Shown: positions 36,041 through 44,414 of the stretch, piece after piece | Numbering within the stretch: the stretch's first letter is position 1 | Layout: every line of letters starts with the position of its first letter | From: an uncultured virus (IMG/VR IMGVR_UViG_3300005461_000343) | Lineage: Duplodnaviria; Heunggongvirae; Uroviricota; Caudoviricetes | Length of the DNA stretch: 64,000 nt | Strand: one strand, 5' to 3' | Virus record (IMG/VR): IMGVR_UViG_3300005461_000343 | Made by a program: the position numbers and the translations under genes | The notes under the pieces: model-generated | Databases searched by the model: none | Told to the model about the DNA's origin: nothing | The model's input: the letters and a program-made list of their open reading frames with translations, nothing else

Positions 36041-36346
36041 TTATACGTAAAATATGTTGTAGCCGGCGTTAAGTCTCAAGATCAAATCAAGGTCGTTAGC
36101 CTTTGACCAATCCTCGCCTTCCTTCTTATAAAGGGCTAGCTTGAATACGCTCGTATTATCCAACTGATCTAATTTGTAGATGTTCCCGGCCAGATAGAAA
36201 GGCTTACCTACCCTTATGCGCTGATCGCCGTTCTCCGTAAGATCGATGTTCTTACGGCCTTTGTACAATGTCCTTACCTTCGGCTTGTAAACAGAAAATA
36301 CAAGCTTGAATATCTTTCTGATGATCGTGTATATGAATTGTCTCAT
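36041..36346 (-). CDS. Hypothetical protein
   Basis: 101-aa ORF in the tail operon. Confidence 0.55.
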   Translation of the reverse strand: MRQFIYTIIRKIFKLVFSVYKPKVRTLYKGRKNIDLTENGDQRIRVGKPFYLAGNIYKLDQLDNTSVFKLALYKKEGEDWSKANDLDLILRLNAGYNIFYV

Positions 36347-36365
36347 GATTATAATGTTTTAATGG

Positions 36366-36680
36366 TTATACGGTAGCTCCGGTAGCGTCGACCCAGTTTG
36401 ATCCATTCCACCATTTCGGTTTATTCAATGTTGTGTCATAGAGGCATTGACCTTTTGCGTATGTACCCTGAATTTCAGCTGTGATATAATCGGATATGAT
36501 ACATCCATTCGGTAAGATTTTTGTGGCATCTAAAACTATAGTACCATTACTAAACTTACCGCCTTGAAAATCTAATATGCAATTAGATAACAATTTAAGT
36601 ACACTTCCATTTAAGTCGATATCTTCCGTGACCTTATAAATCACATTAGATCTATTAAATATATCTTTTTTTAAATCCAT
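36366..36680 (-). CDS. Tail fibre C-terminal remnant or mini-paralog
   Basis: Repeats the NCxLDFQGG motif of the upstream fibre and ends KPKWWNGSNWVDATGATV. Confidence 0.55.
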   Translation of the reverse strand: MDLKKDIFNRSNVIYKVTEDIDLNGSVLKLLSNCILDFQGGKFSNGTIVLDATKILPNGCIISDYITAEIQGTYAKGQCLYDTTLNKPKWWNGSNWVDATGATV

Positions 36681-36728
36681 TTTATTACAGCTATTTATAT
36701 TTAAATCGATAACACCTATCCTATAGTA

Positions 36729-39700
36729 TTACACAATGACAGCTTTATCAGTCAAAGTCCCATCCATGTTTATAAATTTTGTTCCATCCCAAGTAACTTT
36801 TGTTTCATGAGAAAATAGCCAAAATGTTATTCCAGAATCATCACTAGTAAGAATTTCTTTAAGTGCTTCAAGATTTTCATAATTAACTCTTCTATTTCTG
36901 AATACGTATCCGTCTGAAGTTCTAAATGTTTTTGTATAAGAATCCCAAAATACCGGAAACTTGTTATCAAGCAGAAAAAAATATTCTCCACTTCTATACG
37001 AATCCAATGAAAGAGGAAGATCTTTACTCATCATAGTCTTAAATATATCATATCTTGGGAATGATACTATATCCTTTATGCTCTCGTAAGGAACTTCTTC
37101 TACATTTATATTAAGAGGTTTAGTGTATTCACCTCCACTAATAGGAGGATAACCTATACCCGGACCAGTACTTTCACCTTCCTTTAATATACTATATTTA
37201 GATTTAACAACGTAATATACTGCAATATTCACATTAGAAGACAAAGGGGTTTCAAGTATATTTGCTCCCATTGATAAATAAATATCATAAGTATTTCTTT
37301 TATTATCAACAATGATATTTGAGAATATTGGTGAGTTTTTATAAGCTGATTCATAAGGAGTAGAATCTTTATTATAGGATATATTTATATCTCTAATAGC
37401 ATTATTATGAATATTTCCTGTAGTATATTTTGTTGTATTTATAGAAAGCTGATTGCCATTTGCAAATGCAGTTAACTCTATCTCACTAAATTGATATCTT
37501 GAAATAGAAATTTTATAAGCATTATTAGGTTTTAAAGTCCCTAAAAACTTGATTGTACCTTCTGAATCTTCAGGACTATGGCAATTAACAAATTTATTTC
37601 CTTCTGAAAATCCTGCCCAAACTAAATAAGGGTGTAATTCTCTAAAATTACAATTATCAAATAATAAATACTGACTAGCTGTATAATAATTTATGCTGTT
37701 ACCAACATTGCTGATATAATCGATATTACAATTAGAAAATTTCAGCCAAAATGTCGTGTTTAATCTAAGAGGTGCAGTAAATAAACAATCATATATACAC
37801 ACCGCATAATCCCTTGCATCTTTTGAGGTAGCATTAGTAGAAGAAATATCATAAGCGTTCCCCTCAAACTTGCAGTTTGACATTATTACATTTTTACATA
37901 CATATTCATCCCCATATTTTATATGGTCGCTTTCAAAATCAATACCGCATTTAGGTGCAGTTCCTTGTATTTCCTCAACGCCACATCCCATAAAACAGCA
38001 ATTCAAAATCGAAACGTCATGTCCAGAAACAGTAATCCCATTTCTTCTTGCGTATTGGATTTTGACATTGTCAATAACCACTCTTTTAGATGGATCGTTC
38101 ATAGATCCCTGTTTGTCGGTTGCTAATTCTATAATATGAGGTCCAATATACACACAATCACCAAAAGCATCAGACAACGTTATATCCCTTATAATAACGT
38201 TTTCACAGCTTGCTATTAGCAGAAGATGCCCAAGTTCCCCATAATAAGAACTATCGGAAACAAACGGATCGCTATAAATATGGTCATGCGCATCCCCACA
38301 AATACTTCCATTCCCACTAATTATAACATTTGACTTATCTATAATAGAAAACACAAAATAAACTCCTTGATTTTGTGGAATCATTTTTATATGCGAAGAT
38401 AGAACAATATGAGAGTTGGACGTTATTCCTTCAAATATTCTAAGAAATGAATACTCATCGGATATAAGTTTTTGGTATAATGGTCTAACATCGTCACCTA
38501 TATTTGCTTTACCTTTATATGTATTTTCAAACCAATAAGTTCTACCAGAAACAAAATGTATTGTATTAAAGCAATTATCATTAGAAAGCTTCAATATTGA
38601 ATTGATGATATCATTACTTACGAATTGATAAGTTTCTTCCAAGAAAAACCATTTATCATAAATATCTGGAACAAGCCAATCTCCTTCAATATTTATATCT
38701 TTAAATATCACTTTCGATGGTTCCGCTAATATTGAGCTTCCTTTCCCTGCTAATACTCCATTCCTTAAAGATCCCCCTTGGAAATCCAGCACGCAATTCT
38801 CCGGCACCTCGATCGTCTGCCCGGCTAGGCAGTAGTCGTACTGGATGATGTAGATGGTGTTCGGTTTTCTCATCATGTGCTGCGTGAGCGTGTTCACGCC
38901 GTCCACGTAATGCTTCCGGAGGTACACCCGTCCCATGCCAGAGTAATCCTTCGGGGCGTATTCCTTGTCTTTTAATTTTAAGGTCTGGTTATCCGTAACG
39001 GTTATATCCTCCTCGTCCGGAAGATTGGTGATGCTCTTGTTACCGATCAATTGCTTCGTAGCCTCGGAAAGATCATCCGGATCGACAGAGCCGGGCTTCA
39101 AGTCCGTTACCTGCTGGTTGGTGATGTCGATTATCTCGTTCCGCAATCCTCTCCGGGTAATGTACGTATCACGGATAACGTTACCCTCATGGTCTCTCCA
39201 AGCACGGTCTACCGTGATCTCCGGGGTAAGGTCGATGTCCGGCTTGAAACCGGCGGGACGGGCTGATACCGGGGCGTGGCTCTTGATCTCATCAACGACA
39301 TCCCCCATATTATTAACCTTTTCCTCCGCTTCCTCCACACGATCACCAAGTTTTTCCGTATCTTTCCGAATATCCTCTATGGCATTGTCTTGTGTCTCCA
39401 GTTCATCAGTAATGGTCTTTTGGCTCATGGTATCAACCTCGCTATCACCACGGGAATCGAGTACGCTTACGTAACGCTCATGCTTCAGCCACTCTCCTTC
39501 CGTACCGTTCCAGTCCCCACGTAATACGGCCAGCTCGTATGAGGACAAACCATCATAGCCATAAGTGGCGGTAGAGGTCTTTACTTTCAGTACGACGACA
39601 CCTTCTCCGATATTCGTAGCCTCGTCCTCAAATTCGGTAATAGAGAAAAGATCCTCTTTCTTGGAGCGGCATACGCTTCGTGTATCAAAGACATGGTCCA

Positions 39701-39929
39701 TATTCTTGACCCATATCGCCTCGATAGAGTAAGTTCCTTCTTCCAACCCTGAAGGAATGTCTACATAAAGCGTACCTTTGTCCGCTCTCGCTTGAAGTAG
39801 ATATTTCTCCCGGTTGCCTAATAGAAAAACCTTTACATTAGATCGGGAGAAATCCTCTTTCACCGGGCTTATCCCCTTGTAAATAGTCCACTCTACCCGA
39901 ATTAACCTGTCCTTGAATATGTATACCAT
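36729..39929 (-). CDS. Tail spike/fibre 1 with a parallel beta-helix (putative depolymerase)
   Basis: N-terminal GLSSYELAV..GD..GTE.EWL; beta-helix rungs (CENVIIRDITLSDAFGDCVYIG, ARRNGITV, APKCGIDFE). Confidence 0.75.
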   Translation of the reverse strand: MVYIFKDRLIRVEWTIYKGISPVKEDFSRSNVKVFLLGNREKYLLQARADKGTLYVDIPSGLEEGTYSIEAIWVKNMDHVFDTRSVCRSKKEDLFSITEFEDEATNIGEGVVVLKVKTSTATYGYDGLSSYELAVLRGDWNGTEGEWLKHERYVSVLDSRGDSEVDTMSQKTITDELETQDNAIEDIRKDTEKLGDRVEEAEEKVNNMGDVVDEIKSHAPVSARPAGFKPDIDLTPEITVDRAWRDHEGNVIRDTYITRRGLRNEIIDITNQQVTDLKPGSVDPDDLSEATKQLIGNKSITNLPDEEDITVTDNQTLKLKDKEYAPKDYSGMGRVYLRKHYVDGVNTLTQHMMRKPNTIYIIQYDYCLAGQTIEVPENCVLDFQGGSLRNGVLAGKGSSILAEPSKVIFKDINIEGDWLVPDIYDKWFFLEETYQFVSNDIINSILKLSNDNCFNTIHFVSGRTYWFENTYKGKANIGDDVRPLYQKLISDEYSFLRIFEGITSNSHIVLSSHIKMIPQNQGVYFVFSIIDKSNVIISGNGSICGDAHDHIYSDPFVSDSSYYGELGHLLLIASCENVIIRDITLSDAFGDCVYIGPHIIELATDKQGSMNDPSKRVVIDNVKIQYARRNGITVSGHDVSILNCCFMGCGVEEIQGTAPKCGIDFESDHIKYGDEYVCKNVIMSNCKFEGNAYDISSTNATSKDARDYAVCIYDCLFTAPLRLNTTFWLKFSNCNIDYISNVGNSINYYTASQYLLFDNCNFRELHPYLVWAGFSEGNKFVNCHSPEDSEGTIKFLGTLKPNNAYKISISRYQFSEIELTAFANGNQLSINTTKYTTGNIHNNAIRDINISYNKDSTPYESAYKNSPIFSNIIVDNKRNTYDIYLSMGANILETPLSSNVNIAVYYVVKSKYSILKEGESTGPGIGYPPISGGEYTKPLNINVEEVPYESIKDIVSFPRYDIFKTMMSKDLPLSLDSYRSGEYFFLLDNKFPVFWDSYTKTFRTSDGYVFRNRRVNYENLEALKEILTSDDSGITFWLFSHETKVTWDGTKFINMDGTLTDKAVIV

Positions 39930-39944
39930 GATTCTATAGTCTTG

Positions 39945-40583
39945 TTATTGATTGGAGTTGGCCCCGGATGGATTGACACCCATAAGAACCAACGCTTGAT
40001 TAAACATGCTGTCTGCGTGCTGATCCCTGTAAGTAAGCAACGTGAGGCCGGATATATAATAGATCAGCGCCTTTTTCAGCTTGGGGCTTACCTCCAAGCT
40101 ATCCGTTATATCCTCGTCCGTTATGATCCCGATCTCGAACGTGTCGGATTTATCCTTCGCCTTATATAGCTCCAATGTCTTACCCGGCCTCATGGTCAAC
40201 GCCAGTTTAGGTCTTTCCCATGTCCCCGTTGCGTATGGATCCGACAGCGTGGCGTATTCCTTATCGTTCCAATAGATAGGATCTGAAATAAATAAAGGCC
40301 ATGATGATAGCCTAGCGTAACAAATCCGAGAGTAGTTCTCCGGCAAACTTACATGAGCGACAAGATCGTCCTTTATGGTTCCGTCCGTTATTATCTTGTT
40401 CGGTTCCAGCAGGCCCCAGTCCGCGTTACCGTTCACGAAGCGCAACGCCTCCGATATCTTGGACTTGATAATCGTGTCCATTTCCTCGTTATCCTGCGTT
40501 CCTAGGAACTCAGCGTCATTAAGCCCGATCTCGTCTATACAGATCTTGACCTCACTCACTATGTCGCTCACGCTAATTTCCAT
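39945..40583 (-). CDS. Putative head-tail connector protein
   Basis: Downstream of the capsid gene; helical ends with LPENY.RI and ALIYYISGL.L motifs. Confidence 0.55.
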   Translation of the reverse strand: MEISVSDIVSEVKICIDEIGLNDAEFLGTQDNEEMDTIIKSKISEALRFVNGNADWGLLEPNKIITDGTIKDDLVAHVSLPENYSRICYARLSSWPLFISDPIYWNDKEYATLSDPYATGTWERPKLALTMRPGKTLELYKAKDKSDTFEIGIITDEDITDSLEVSPKLKKALIYYISGLTLLTYRDQHADSMFNQALVLMGVNPSGANSNQ

Positions 40584-40584
40584 A

Positions 40585-40989
40585 TCATTTCATGTTCGGG
40601 AACGAGACACTTAATTTATCCTTTAACTCCTCAAGCATATCATCGTTCTCCACCTTATAGCCCATCTTGGCGAAATAGTCGATAGCGTCATTCACGTTCT
40701 TTACGGTCTTGACCTCTTTCACTTGTTTTTCCCGGTCTCTCGAGTTCCTCATGACCGAGACACCAGACACATCATCGTCTTTTAACGTAGAGACGAGCCG
40801 GATAGACGTACCAAATCGGCAATCATTCTCGATAGCGTCTTGTACGAAAGGGTTGCTAGTCCGTAGTAAGGCGTTCTTGCCATTGATGAAATTACCGCCC
40901 TTGAACTCCATACTAACCCTTGTGCCGCAATATATAGTACGGAGCATGCAATTGTCCTTACCTACCAACTCATATGTTTTCGTGATCAT
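40585..40989 (-). CDS. Hypothetical virion-module protein
   Basis: T.NPFVQDAIEN..RF motif; located in the capsid operon. Confidence 0.6.
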   Translation of the reverse strand: MITKTYELVGKDNCMLRTIYCGTRVSMEFKGGNFINGKNALLRTSNPFVQDAIENDCRFGTSIRLVSTLKDDDVSGVSVMRNSRDREKQVKEVKTVKNVNDAIDYFAKMGYKVENDDMLEELKDKLSVSFPNMK

Positions 40990-41004
40990 TCGATTGATTT
41001 TATT

Positions 41005-41035
41005 AGACCCACCGTGAGTTTGCTCCGGTGGGTCT
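41005..41035. terminator. Hairpin downstream of the capsid gene
   Basis: AGACCCACCG...CGGTGGGTCT. Confidence 0.55.
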
Positions 41036-41054
41036 TGTTTGACAATATTACAGT

Positions 41055-42656
41055 TTACACGTTAATCTCTCCCTTGTATGGTTTCCATGCGGTACCGTCA
41101 TATACATACAATCCGACGGCGTGCGTATCGTCCGCTACGGTCAAATAAACCACATCGTCCTTTTTCGGTGTAGATACGGAACTCAGGGAAGCCACGCTGG
41201 AAACGACTGTGTCAAGCATAGACAGCTTATATCCGCTCACTGTCACGTCCGGACCGATCAGCATCGAGTTATAACCCGTAAGCATCAAGCAGTCATCCTG
41301 AATATAATATTGGGATTTGGCCTCCCGTACCTCACCGCCTTCTCCCTTGGAATGATCCACGGTAAGAGTCTTTCCTTTCTGGTAGTAATAACGCTTGGCC
41401 TCGGACATCGGGAAAGCGACGGCGCATTCCTCATATCCAAGATCGTCAAGGGCGTGCTCGACCTTGAAGTTCAACTTTCCGAAAGTGGTCTCGAAAGAGG
41501 AGATATCAATACCGATATTCTGTTTCTTGACGAATGAGATATCCTTATGTTTCGTAAAGTCGATGTTCAGCAACTTCTCGATGAACTTGGTACCGCAATA
41601 CACGTCCATCTCGTTCGTGTTCGAGTACTTTCCGAAAAGCATACGAGTGATACCGATAAGATCGGCGAACTCCAATGTCGAACCGATCTGGTAACCCAGC
41701 CGTAATTGTCTCAACACGCCTTTCTGGGCATACACGTATTCGGTACCTGTTTTCTTGGAGCCATACTTCACGAACTTCGTACCTACGCCGATCAACATCG
41801 TGCGTGTACATTTCTTGCGGAAATTAGACAAAGTCCAATCCTTCAAGTCTTGTACGTTCCACTTAGCCTTCTTATTGATACGCTCGAAGAATTCCGTCCA
41901 CGTGATTGGACATACCTTCTTCTGCAAGTAGGCGATCTCTTTCTTGGGATAAGCGGAATCCGGGGCGATCTCCACCTCACTCTCACTCATGGCCGGTGCC
42001 ATGATGTGCAATCCGGTACCCGCTTTCAAATCCGGCACATACATGTTTTTTCCTTCATCCAACGGGCCATTAAGAGCGGAAACCATAATACCGTTAGCCT
42101 TATCCGCGGATATGACATAGAGGACTAACGGACTACCGTCAGAATTTCCGTTCTCATCATATCCGGTTACGCCGTCTACCAAGACAGTGTTGCACTCGGC
42201 AAATAACTTCTCGTCATTCTTATACAAGCTTAGTTTTACCTCAGCGTCCTTTTCCGTGTTGGTCACCGCCGCCTTGGTAACGCAATCCATTATAGCCTCG
42301 CCAATATTGTAATGCTCCGGTTCCTTCGTGTTGACATGGACTTGCTTGGCGAGCTTGAGGAAATCCGTGTGCATGGGATATTTGTACGCTTGAAATTTAC
42401 TGACGTAATCCTCTACCTTGTTCTCGGCCAGATCAGCGTCGGTGACCGCAGATCCGGTAGCCCCCTGCCCCTGCTGGTCAATACCCTTACCGGCGGCGTC
42501 CGGGGTCGCATTCTCCAACGGCTTGTCATTATTGGGATCCGTATCACTTCCATTCTCCCCGATCTCCACGGCCATAGCCGCTCCACCAGTCAATACCGCC
42601 AAGACAAAGAACAAAGCCTTGACCCAAAACATCTTGTCTTTAAATAATTTATTCAT
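41055..42656 (-). CDS. Putative major capsid protein with an N-terminal hydrophobic (TM or signal-like) segment
   Basis: 533 aa downstream of a scaffold-like gene; HK97-like pattern (YLQK, RTMLIG, KGVL, G.DISSFETTFGKL); N-terminus FWVKALFFVLAVLTGGAAMA. Confidence 0.7.
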   Translation of the reverse strand: MNKLFKDKMFWVKALFFVLAVLTGGAAMAVEIGENGSDTDPNNDKPLENATPDAAGKGIDQQGQGATGSAVTDADLAENKVEDYVSKFQAYKYPMHTDFLKLAKQVHVNTKEPEHYNIGEAIMDCVTKAAVTNTEKDAEVKLSLYKNDEKLFAECNTVLVDGVTGYDENGNSDGSPLVLYVISADKANGIMVSALNGPLDEGKNMYVPDLKAGTGLHIMAPAMSESEVEIAPDSAYPKKEIAYLQKKVCPITWTEFFERINKKAKWNVQDLKDWTLSNFRKKCTRTMLIGVGTKFVKYGSKKTGTEYVYAQKGVLRQLRLGYQIGSTLEFADLIGITRMLFGKYSNTNEMDVYCGTKFIEKLLNIDFTKHKDISFVKKQNIGIDISSFETTFGKLNFKVEHALDDLGYEECAVAFPMSEAKRYYYQKGKTLTVDHSKGEGGEVREAKSQYYIQDDCLMLTGYNSMLIGPDVTVSGYKLSMLDTVVSSVASLSSVSTPKKDDVVYLTVADDTHAVGLYVYDGTAWKPYKGEINV

Positions 42657-42685
42657 CGCAAAAGTATTAATTGTTATTATTCTTA

Positions 42686-43390
42686 TTATAAAAAAGGATT
42701 GTTCACGTCTTGCGTAACCGGCTTCTCCTGCCGTGCTCCTTGTCTTCCTCTCGGCCTTTCCTGCTTACCGCTAAGATCCTTTAACTTGTCGGTAACTTTC
42801 TTGTTGATCCCTTCCGCCACGCCTTCCTCCCGAGCGGCCTCCACGTCTTGGTTATAATTCATTCCCTTGGCCATCATCTCGAAAATAGACGGGTCCAATT
42901 TACCGACGATCAAGTCATCCATGACTTGATACATCTTGCCTATAACCTCCTCCGCTTGATCATCGGAAAGGCCCATCTCCGAGGCTTTCGCCCTAATCGC
43001 TTCCACGCTAGCCGGCATATTCTCCGACATTTGTTTCTCGATCTCGTCCTGTTTCGCCAGTTTCTCCAAGTAAGCGTTATGAGCGTCGGCCAGCTTTTGC
43101 GAATAATCGGGATCATCGGCCAAGGCTTTTAAGTCAAGCCCCTTATTCTGTACCATCCACACCACGGGATCGAAATCATCCTGATCCCTAGCGGCTACCA
43201 TCAACTCGGCGAAAGCTGGACTCTTCGATAGGTTCTCCCGCATTTTCTTAGAGTTTCCCTCATAACCCTCATACTCGTCCATGAACAGGTTGACCGAGCC
43301 GTAGTAAGCCTCCTCGTCATCCATGTTAAGATCCGGATTCCGTTTGGCGTATCTCTGTCTGAATCTCTCTTTGTTAGATATATCTGCCAT
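42686..43390 (-). CDS. Putative capsid scaffolding protein
   Basis: Acidic helical protein of 234 aa with a basic C-terminal tail, directly upstream of the capsid gene. Confidence 0.6.
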   Translation of the reverse strand: MADISNKERFRQRYAKRNPDLNMDDEEAYYGSVNLFMDEYEGYEGNSKKMRENLSKSPAFAELMVAARDQDDFDPVVWMVQNKGLDLKALADDPDYSQKLADAHNAYLEKLAKQDEIEKQMSENMPASVEAIRAKASEMGLSDDQAEEVIGKMYQVMDDLIVGKLDPSIFEMMAKGMNYNQDVEAAREEGVAEGINKKVTDKLKDLSGKQERPRGRQGARQEKPVTQDVNNPFL

Positions 43391-43411
43391 ACCTTAATCG
43401 ATTTTGTTTTA

Positions 43412-43458
43412 GGCAAAGGAAAATAATAAGGTATATCCGTTTTGTTATTTTGATTATT
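43412..43458 (-). promoter_or_regulatory. Putative late promoter, copy 2
   Basis: GGCAAA...AGGTAT-N5-TTTTGTTATTTTGATTATT, matching 25948-25994. Confidence 0.6.
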
Positions 43459-43543
43459 TTATTTAACCCATGAACCCTAAGAATAATCAAACATGTGAAT
43501 CTATTTTTTATCTTTGTGATGTTCACCAAAACAAGCGTTCTTT

Positions 43544-43951
43544 ATGGTTAATGGCGTAGATTTCATCCCAGAGCGGGACATGGAGCTTTACGAAGCTTAT
43601 AGACGTGCTTTGAAGATGAGGGAAGTGAAATCCCACCGAGAGGCGGTAATGAGGGCTATATCCTCCCATGCCTCTAGGTTCTGGATCTCCACCCTTCAAG
43701 CGTATAGGGGGATCCTGCTGATCAGGAAAGGGAAGACCAAGGAAAAGGGTCGATCGATCAGGAACAAGATGATCGATGACATTTATGAGATTTACAAAGA
43801 GCTGGAGAAAAAGAGAGAATTCAAGGGAAGCTCCGTTTATTTCATCACCTCTTTCGCGGTCTATCAAACGGCCCCCTGTTTTTACATATCCTATTCACGG
43901 GCGTTGGCGATAATACAACGCATCAACCGGGAAAGGAAAAATGGAAGGTAA
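43544..43951 (+). CDS. Basic hypothetical protein with an internal duplication; possible late regulator
   Basis: Repeated motif ASRFWIS / APCFYIS; upstream TATCTTTG at 43509-43516. Confidence 0.6.
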   Translation: MVNGVDFIPERDMELYEAYRRALKMREVKSHREAVMRAISSHASRFWISTLQAYRGILLIRKGKTKEKGRSIRNKMIDDIYEIYKELEKKREFKGSSVYFITSFAVYQTAPCFYISYSRALAIIQRINRERKNGR

Positions 43952-44414
43952 GCTAAAAAGACTGATTCCTTCATTAATAATCGCCTTGACAAGCGTCATA
44001 CTCCAACTCGCAGGTAAACATTTCTATTTCGATACCAATTCCATACCATACGACCATTTCCTTTACACGTTCACCCACGCAAACATCTTTCATTTATCAT
44101 TAAATCTTATCGCCTTATTCCAGTTTAAGCCTCGTGTGAAAACATGCCTGATCGGTTACGTGTCTTGCGTCTTGGCCTCGTTCGTACCACTAGCCTCATT
44201 GTCGGTTCCTACATGCGGCATGTCCGGATTTATCATGGGATGTTACGCCCGCAGATATCACGCCTATAAACTAAGCCTTTGGAGAATAATATTGAGCAAT
44301 ATCGTCATGGCGTTTATCCCCTTATTCAACTGGAGGATACACTTGCTGTCATTCCTAATAGCCTATATCATCTATGGAGTCATACAGAAAATTAGCGTTC
44401 ACGGAAGAGGTTGA
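43941..44414 (+). CDS. Rhomboid-family intramembrane serine protease
   Basis: HANIFHLSLN (HxxxxHxxxN), GMSG (GxSG catalytic Ser), His in the last TM (WRIHLLSF), about six hydrophobic segments. Confidence 0.8.
   Translation: MEGKLKRLIPSLIIALTSVILQLAGKHFYFDTNSIPYDHFLYTFTHANIFHLSLNLIALFQFKPRVKTCLIGYVSCVLASFVPLASLSVPTCGMSGFIMGCYARRYHAYKLSLWRIILSNIVMAFIPLFNWRIHLLSFLIAYIIYGVIQKISVHGRG

Noticed and set aside
32576..39929. Diversity-generating retroelement or invertible tail-fibre shufflon
   Set aside because: No reverse transcriptase, template/variable repeat pair, invertase or inverted crossover repeats seen in the window.
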